Assembly (NCBI GenBank): GCA_041664585.1
Contig: JBAYKL010000002.1
Location: 13,494 to 77,493, forward strand
Direction of reading: 5' to 3'
Length of the DNA stretch: 64,000 nt
DNA from: Minisyncoccota bacterium
GTDB taxonomy: Bacteria > Patescibacteriota > Minisyncoccia > Phycocordibacterales > GWA1-40-21
Position 1 is the first letter of the stretch; every line of letters begins with the position of its first letter. The notes under the pieces are model-generated. The model saw nothing but the letters and a program-made list of their open reading frames with translations, was not told where the DNA came from and ran no database searches. The translations under genes and the position numbers were made by a program. Positions 58,030 to 64,000 of this stretch are shown one piece after another.

Positions 58030-58947
58030 ATGGGAGAAGACAGATTTAAGCAATCGAAGATTTTCAGATGGGTATTACTACTCATCAAATCAGCCAAATT
58101 GGTTAAGTTACTAAAGTTCGTCAAGTTGCTGAAATTTAGCAAGCTGATGCTAACTTTTGGAACAATGGCCGTTTCTGCTTTCGTTTATTCATTTTTGGCT
58201 GGTCCATGGTTTGCAATCGGTTTCGTTCTCTTGCTTTTTGTTCATGAGATGGGCCATGTAATTGCCATGAGGATAAAAGGACTGCCAACAAAAGCGCCGG
58301 TATTTATTCCTATGTTGGGAGCGGTAATTTTTGCCCCACCCTTCAATGGAAGAGAAACTGAAGCGTTCGTAGGTTTTGGAGGTCCCCTAGCTGGAACCCT
58401 AGGATCTGTTGCGGTCTTTGCGCTTTGGTTAATTTTACCAGAGCACCCACAAGTATTGTTGGCGATTAGTTTTGTTTCTTTATACTTGAATATATTTAAC
58501 CTCATCCCCATTCGTCCATTGGATGGAGGTAGAGTAACTCAGGCCGTCGGGGTCTGGCTCAAGTATTTGGGGGCAGGAATACTCATCATCATACCAATAG
58601 TCAGCAAAGACGCTGGCATGCTGTTGTTGTGGATATTGATCCTCGGAGAAATTAGGATGACCTGCAAAAGTAGGGTCCGGCTTGGCATAACCTGTGAACT
58701 TATAATGATCACCCTAATCGTATTAGGTTGTGGTGAACCTCACAAGCTGTCAAATATAATCGACATCACTGTGGCAAGCATGATAAATTTTAACTACGTC
58801 GTTGCAGAGGATGGAGATGAACCAAAAAATAACTTGCCGCAACTGAGCAAACTGGCACGTCTAAAATGGTTATCGTTGTATCTTGGGTTAGGGATATTCA
58901 TTTTATGTATGATGGCCATTGAATCACCGTTCATGATTACTAAATAA
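58030..58947 (+). CDS. Site-2 protease (M50)
   Basis: HEMGH, GGP, FNLIPIRPLDGGR. Confidence 0.92.
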   Translation: MGEDRFKQSKIFRWVLLLIKSAKLVKLLKFVKLLKFSKLMLTFGTMAVSAFVYSFLAGPWFAIGFVLLLFVHEMGHVIAMRIKGLPTKAPVFIPMLGAVIFAPPFNGRETEAFVGFGGPLAGTLGSVAVFALWLILPEHPQVLLAISFVSLYLNIFNLIPIRPLDGGRVTQAVGVWLKYLGAGILIIIPIVSKDAGMLLLWILILGEIRMTCKSRVRLGITCELIMITLIVLGCGEPHKLSNIIDITVASMINFNYVVAEDGDEPKNNLPQLSKLARLKWLSLYLGLGIFILCMMAIESPFMITK

Positions 58948-59036
58948 ACGAAACAATGTCACCCAAAAGTCACTCGAGCTTTCGGGTGACTTTTTTATAA
59001 TCATCTCACGTAAATTATCTCGAATTCGGAGTCGTA

Positions 59037-59073
59037 TATACTTTCTATATATCTTTGATATAATTTTTGTATG
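59037..59073 (+). repeat. Promoter/start module copy 3
   Basis: tatactttctatatatctttgatataatttttgtatg. Confidence 0.85.
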
Positions 59074-59235
59074 AATAGAAAGAAGATAATATATTCTATT
59101 ATTGAAATATTGTTGGGAGCAGCTATGTTTGTATACGGTGCGATTGATGATAGTCCAGGAGGGCAACTACTTGGACTCGTGGCAGTAATTATTGGTATTT
59201 TTAATATCATAAAAAATAGAACAAAGATTTATTAA
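59071..59235 (+). CDS. 54-aa two-TM membrane protein (not in ORF track)
   Basis: MNRKKIIYSIIEILLGAAMFVYGAIDDSPGGQLLGLVAVIIGIFNIIKNRTKIY; TM-DDSPG-TM hairpin. Confidence 0.7.
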   Translation: MNRKKIIYSIIEILLGAAMFVYGAIDDSPGGQLLGLVAVIIGIFNIIKNRTKIY

Positions 59236-59255
59236 TATAGTAATATAATAAGTAC

Positions 59256-59465
59256 ATGCAAAAAGTAGCCACACAAATTTTTATATACGCATCTATCGCC
59301 TTTGGGATTATTGGTATCTGTGTTGTCCTAACCTCTTCAGGACCAGATAAAAAAGATTCACCTATAAGTGAAATATTTATTAAACTTTTATTCACAACAG
59401 TATTTATTATACTACCCTCTTTTGCATTAAGTGTTGCTGGTAAATATTTAAATCCCAAATCTTAA
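59256..59465 (+). CDS. Small two-TM membrane protein
   Basis: Two hydrophobic helices, FIILPSFALSVAGKYL. Confidence 0.65.
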   Translation: MQKVATQIFIYASIAFGIIGICVVLTSSGPDKKDSPISEIFIKLLFTTVFIILPSFALSVAGKYLNPKS

Positions 59466-59467
59466 GC

Positions 59468-60727
59468 TTAGTATCTGCTATTCGGACAACCACCACAAGA
59501 AGAAGCTGGTTTTATAATATAAATCTCATCATTAGTCCTTACATTAGTTTTTACACCTATAGCTATTTTTTCTCCCCTTTCCGCCTCTACTATTGTTTTA
59601 TGATCTTTCTCCATAGAAGTGATCTTTTCTTCTACACTTCCAGTGGTTGGGCCTTGAAAAATAACTGAATCCCCTATTTTCAATTTTGTATTTCCTTGAA
59701 GCAATACTTCTGCTACACCAATCTTTTTATAGTATTTAACAACCTTACCAATATACTCTTTCTTTTGTGTAGCTTGACTACCACCACATCCAGACCATTC
59801 GTTTATGGGTTTACCCAAAAAGAATCCGCTACTTTCACCACGATGATATACGGTGTCTAACTTTTCAGACAAAACAGATTTCAATGTTTCAAACTCTTCT
59901 TTGAATTTTTTATCATGCTTTTTGTGATCAAAATAGAAGTCGATTGCTGTTCTATATGCTTTTGTAACAGTCGCTACATATTCTGGGCTTCTATTTCTTC
60001 CTTCAATCTTGAAACACTCCACTCCAAGATCTAATATCTTTTCTAAGAAATCCATAGTGCATAAATCTTTTGGACTTAATACGTAGTCTTCACCAAGCTC
60101 AAGCTCTTGTCCACCGTCTATTTGTTTAATCAAATACTTTCTTCTGCATGGTTGTAGACATTCACCACGATTTGCTGATTTACCATATAAAAATTGAGAC
60201 ATAAAACATCTGCCGGAAACGGACACACACATAGCACCATGTATAAAAATCTCTATTTCAGCTCTTGTTTGTTTTTTAATCTTTTTGATTTGTTCAAGTG
60301 AACATTCACGAGCTAGTACCACTCTTGTAGCACCAAGCTTCCTGTAAAATTCTGCTGTCTCAGAATTTGAAATACTTGCTTGTGTGCTTATGTGTACTTC
60401 AATCCCCAATTTTTTTGCAATTTGTATAATCGCAAAATCCCAACAAATAATTGCATCTACTTTTGCTGCTTTTACCTTCTTCAAAACCTGTTCTACTTTT
60501 TTTATTTCTTCTTCATAAATAATGATGTTTATAGCAAGATATGTTTTTACATTATTTTTATGTGCGATCTTTGTGATCTTTGGTAGATCTTTTATAGTAA
60601 AATTCTTGGCACCAGCGCGCATATTAAAGCCCTTAATACCAAAAAACACCGCATCAGCACCATTTTTAATGGCTGCTGTTAATGATGTATAGTCTTGTAT
60701 TGGGGAAAGTAATTCTGGTTTCTTCAT
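59468..60727 (-). CDS. Peptidase U32 family protein (Fe-S hydroxylase family)
   Basis: PELLSP, GADAVF, HISTQ, RVVLARE, HGAMCVSVSGRC, NRGECLQPCR, KIEGR. Confidence 0.92.
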   Translation of the reverse strand: MKKPELLSPIQDYTSLTAAIKNGADAVFFGIKGFNMRAGAKNFTIKDLPKITKIAHKNNVKTYLAINIIIYEEEIKKVEQVLKKVKAAKVDAIICWDFAIIQIAKKLGIEVHISTQASISNSETAEFYRKLGATRVVLARECSLEQIKKIKKQTRAEIEIFIHGAMCVSVSGRCFMSQFLYGKSANRGECLQPCRRKYLIKQIDGGQELELGEDYVLSPKDLCTMDFLEKILDLGVECFKIEGRNRSPEYVATVTKAYRTAIDFYFDHKKHDKKFKEEFETLKSVLSEKLDTVYHRGESSGFFLGKPINEWSGCGGSQATQKKEYIGKVVKYYKKIGVAEVLLQGNTKLKIGDSVIFQGPTTGSVEEKITSMEKDHKTIVEAERGEKIAIGVKTNVRTNDEIYIIKPASSCGGCPNSRY

Positions 60728-60808
60728 ATGTACATTTTTACCATTATTTTGATATAAATAAAAGACCAGCATATCTATTTATAAAAATATGATAAAATAC
60801 TAAAATAT

Positions 60809-62416
60809 ATGTTTAAAAAAATTGTCCAAAGTATTGAAGGTCAAAATATTTCCATAGGTCAGTGGCTAATTGCTTTTGCAGGAATTGTTTTTATCCGTTT
60901 TATATTAGAAGTCATTTCAAGTCCTACGCAGTCAGGAATCATACCAGTAGATGCTCCAACGCTCATACAATATGGATTATCCTTTATAGCAATCACCCTC
61001 GGATTAGTTTGCATAGTGTGGTGTTTTACAAAAGGATCAACAAATCTCCTAAAATTAATATTATTCTGTTTGCCTGTTATATGGATAGGACCAATTTTAG
61101 ATATTATATTCAGTGCTGGTATAGGTCACACAATAACGTATATCTTTCATGGACCTAAATTACTACCCGTTGATTTTCTAACGTTTTTTGGACCACAAGT
61201 AACAATAGGACTTAGACTGGAACTTTTTATTATCTTACTTTCAGTCGGTTTATATGTTTGGAAGGTAAAAAAGAGTATTACAAAAACAACTCTATCTGTT
61301 TTGTTTTCTTATATATTTTTATTCTCCATCTTCGCTCTACCTTCAATAATTTATTTACTAGGCAACATTTCCGATATTGGTAATCAAGCTAGTACTTATA
61401 ATGTTTTACATTTTTTGATAAAAAATATATCTGAATCAAATATCTCTCATAATACTATAGACGCAACACTAACCTATTCTTCAAATAATAGAGCCTTCGA
61501 ACTTGGATTTGATAAGCTGCTTTCCCAAATATCTTTTCTTTTGTCTTTTGTATTCATGTTGTTTATTTTCTACAAAACACAAAAAGAAAAGTTTATAACG
61601 ATAATAAAAAATTCAAGACCAGAAAGAGTGCTTTTTTATACAACATTACTAGGATTGGGTTCTGTATACGCCGTTAAATTAAATCTAGGCCAAACAAACA
61701 ATTGGATTGATTTAATGAGTATAATTACTTTAATTATATCTTGGTATGGAGCGTGGATGTTTGCCGTACACATAAACGATATCGCGGATGAACAAATTGA
61801 CCTTGTTTCTAACCCAAATCGCCCAATCACGAATAACAAAGTTTCTGTTACAGAAATGAGAGAGACCGGTTACATCTGGTTACTCCTATCACTTCTTGGT
61901 GCATTTTCGGTAGGTTATTATCCATTCTTTATGATTTTAACCTTTACGGCCGCCTACTATATATACTCTTATCCCCCACTACGCCTAAAAAGAATACCCT
62001 TACTATCATCTTTTTTAATTAGCATCGCCTGCCTCTCTACTATAATGGCTGGTTTTTATTTCGTATCCGCAACAAAAACCCTCAGTAGTTTCCCGGGGTT
62101 TTTAGCCATAGGGATTATAGTAATATTTACTTTAGCAACAAACATCCGCGATATTAAAGATATCGAGGGAGACAAAAAAGACGGAATCTTAACTATACCA
62201 GTGATATTTAATAATAAAGGAAAAAAAATAGTTGCCTTAATGTTTTCTACTAGCTTTATTTTGGTACCAATTTTTTTTTCTTCATATTTATTATATATAT
62301 CCGCAATACCTGCAAGCATAATTGGCTACAAAATAGTTACAAGGAAGGTTTATAAAGAAAACTTGGTCTTTTGTCTTTATTTTGTCTTTTTCCTTTCTTT
62401 ATTAGTCTTAATCTAA
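60809..62416 (+). CDS. UbiA prenyltransferase family protein with extra N-terminal TM domain
   Basis: NDIADEQIDLVSNPNRP, YSYPPLRLKR, DIKDIEGD. Confidence 0.85.
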   Translation: MFKKIVQSIEGQNISIGQWLIAFAGIVFIRFILEVISSPTQSGIIPVDAPTLIQYGLSFIAITLGLVCIVWCFTKGSTNLLKLILFCLPVIWIGPILDIIFSAGIGHTITYIFHGPKLLPVDFLTFFGPQVTIGLRLELFIILLSVGLYVWKVKKSITKTTLSVLFSYIFLFSIFALPSIIYLLGNISDIGNQASTYNVLHFLIKNISESNISHNTIDATLTYSSNNRAFELGFDKLLSQISFLLSFVFMLFIFYKTQKEKFITIIKNSRPERVLFYTTLLGLGSVYAVKLNLGQTNNWIDLMSIITLIISWYGAWMFAVHINDIADEQIDLVSNPNRPITNNKVSVTEMRETGYIWLLLSLLGAFSVGYYPFFMILTFTAAYYIYSYPPLRLKRIPLLSSFLISIACLSTIMAGFYFVSATKTLSSFPGFLAIGIIVIFTLATNIRDIKDIEGDKKDGILTIPVIFNNKGKKIVALMFSTSFILVPIFFSSYLLYISAIPASIIGYKIVTRKVYKENLVFCLYFVFFLSLLVLI

Positions 62417-62529
62417 ATGAGAGCATCTGCTATGGTTATATTATTAAACTATGCTATACTACTGTGCAGTGTTAAGACACAGGAACAAAGTCGAAGTTTC
62501 AAGCAAAATAATTTAAAAATCTCAATATC

Positions 62530-62727
62530 ATGACAGGAACAATAAAAACTCTTACAGAAAAAGGATTTGGATTCATCTCTCGCGAAGGCGAAGCGAAGGA
62601 TCTCTTCTTCCATTCTTCAGAGTTAGTTGGCGTTGCTTACAATGAACTTAGAGTTGGTGACACAGTCACTTTCGAAGTTACAGAAAGCGAAAAGGGTCCA
62701 GCTGCTACACAAGTAGCAAGAGCATAG
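62530..62727 (+). CDS. Cold-shock protein
   Basis: KGFGFI, DLFFHSS, KGPAA. Confidence 0.95.
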   Translation: MTGTIKTLTEKGFGFISREGEAKDLFFHSSELVGVAYNELRVGDTVTFEVTESEKGPAATQVARA

Positions 62728-62903
62728 TCTCTTAAAAAATACCTCTGATTGTCAATTCGACAATCAGAGGTATTTTTATTTCCAAAATTTAAGTAACGTT
62801 ATTGACAAAACTACAAAAAATGTTTACTCTATTTAAGAATAGATCTTTAGCCATTTTCTGAAATACATGGGGTATTAAGATAAAATGGTTAGGAAAGGAA
62901 AAA

Positions 62904-63161
62904 GTGAGTATTAGTAAAGACGAAGTCATTCTCAAAGGTAAAGAAATCCTCGAGGGAGTCAAAAGGCTGGCAAAAGAAGGAAATCTACGAAAAATCGTCG
63001 TCAAAGACAAAAACGGCAAGGTCGTAGCAACATTCCCTCTTTATGCCGGCGCTGCTGGAGCTATCTTTGCTCCCGCATTGGCAGCCATTGGCGCCTTAAT
63101 CGCAATCACCAATGATTGCACGGTCTCCGTCATCAAAAAAAGGGGTCAAGGGCGTCAATAA
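62904..63161 (+). CDS. DUF4342-like protein
   Basis: VKRLAKEGNLRKIVVK, P...G..GA..AP.LAAIG...CTV. Confidence 0.8.
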   Translation: MSISKDEVILKGKEILEGVKRLAKEGNLRKIVVKDKNGKVVATFPLYAGAAGAIFAPALAAIGALIAITNDCTVSVIKKRGQGRQ

Positions 63162-63233
63162 ACGTTCCCAAACTTCACAAAGTGCCTGATGCTTTCTCAA
63201 AGCCATCAGGCATTTTTTATATCTAGCCCCTTA

Positions 63234-63283
63234 TTGACAAATTTTAATATTTATGTATTATCTATTCTGGTGCTCTTTGAAAA
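63234..63283 (+). promoter_or_regulatory. Sigma70 promoter followed by a boxA-like element
   Basis: TTGACA-16 nt-TATTAT then TGCTCTTTGAAAA (63271-63283). Confidence 0.6.
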
Positions 63284-63400
63284 TATCACGTTAATTTTAG
63301 AAAATTTAGAAAAGGAGGTGTGCTTTTTAGTACATTGGAATCGGGTGGTGGTTAGGGTTAAGGATTGAACAAACAAAAACAAACTGCAAAAGGAGCAGGA

Positions 63401-64000
63401 ATGAAGAATACAAAAGTTATATGTTTAATTACGTTGGCTAGCCTTTTGGCTCTGCCAATCATGGCCATACAGTACGTTTCATCATCGCCTCTTATCGAGG
63501 TGGTAAAGACCCAGGTGGGTCCAGTCCAAGAAGGTGGAGTTCAGGAACTTCCGATTATTACGTGGGGTGGCGATATCGCTACAATCTACGCAAACGGTAA
63601 TGCCTTGAATACTGCCGCCGGGAGCATCTTTGCTCAGGAAGGGTTGAACTTTAAACTCATCCGCCAGGATACGTTTACGACTCAGCTTGACCATTATCTA
63701 TCCGGCAAAACACCATATCTCCGTGGCACATTGGGTATGATCAACATGGCATCCGAGCTTCTCTCACGAGACCCCCGGACGAAACCTGTTGTGGTATACC
63801 AGATGACATGGAGTGCTGGTGGTGACTGTCTCGTTGTAAAAGACGGCATTACTTCAGTAAAGGACCTTAAGGGTAAGACGATCGTTTTGCAGGCTTACGG
63901 CCCGCACGTTGAACTCTTAGCTACGGTCTTAAAAAGTGCTGACCTAACATTCAATGATGTCATAATCCGCTGGGTAAAAGACCTGACTGGTACGGCGGAA
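63401..64000 (+). CDS. ABC transporter substrate-binding protein (NMT1/SsuA-like), truncated by window edge
   Basis: Manual translation MKNTKVICLITLASLLALPIMA...PIITWGGD...TWSAGGDCLVV...DLKGKTI; AAGGAG SD; open to the window end. Confidence 0.8.
   Translation, partial: MKNTKVICLITLASLLALPIMAIQYVSSSPLIEVVKTQVGPVQEGGVQELPIITWGGDIATIYANGNALNTAAGSIFAQEGLNFKLIRQDTFTTQLDHYLSGKTPYLRGTLGMINMASELLSRDPRTKPVVVYQMTWSAGGDCLVVKDGITSVKDLKGKTIVLQAYGPHVELLATVLKSADLTFNDVIIRWVKDLTGTAE

Noticed and set aside
52241-59073. CRISPR array or integron attC array
   Set aside because: The 37-bp repeats are kilobases apart, lack the attC RYYYAAC/GTTRRRY ends and dyad, and no cas or intI gene is present.
1-64000. Alternative genetic code (TGA recoding)
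   Set aside because: Long conserved genes are uninterrupted under code 11, and TGA ends several genes at natural positions.

Overview
AT-rich bacterial chromosome segment whose gene content points to Patescibacteria/CPR (Parcubacteria-like; inference from the VirB2/TrbC-like pilin array, shortened SMC/DnaX/RSH, NusB-NUDIX fusion and absence of biosynthetic genes). A core backbone (serS, dprA, topA, RSH, parB, miaA, rpmG, murJ, gyrA, S1, dnaX, dus, def-fmt, hpf, rnr, smc-rnc-nusB-rpmF) carries RNase P RNA and four tRNAs (Leu-CAA, Trp-CCA, Gln-TTG, Asn-GTT), with accessory genes interspersed. The top finding is a stand-alone ~310-nt structured RNA between dprA and topA. It has its own promoter and terminator and carries both strands of the 23S rRNA L1-stalk interdigitated T-loop motif (GUAGAAUAGGUGG...GUGAAAUACCAC). 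Other notable items: a ~620-nt non-coding unit upstream of dnaX (a 6S-like rod plus a second ~270-nt RNA); two integrase-less tRNA-anchored candidate defence cassettes with shared end architecture; a 54-bp identical tract between pilin paralogues; a uORF/anti-start attenuator on an ABC-F gene; and a 37-bp promoter/start module reused by three unrelated small ORFs. All calls come from reading the sequence; no searches or folding programs were run.
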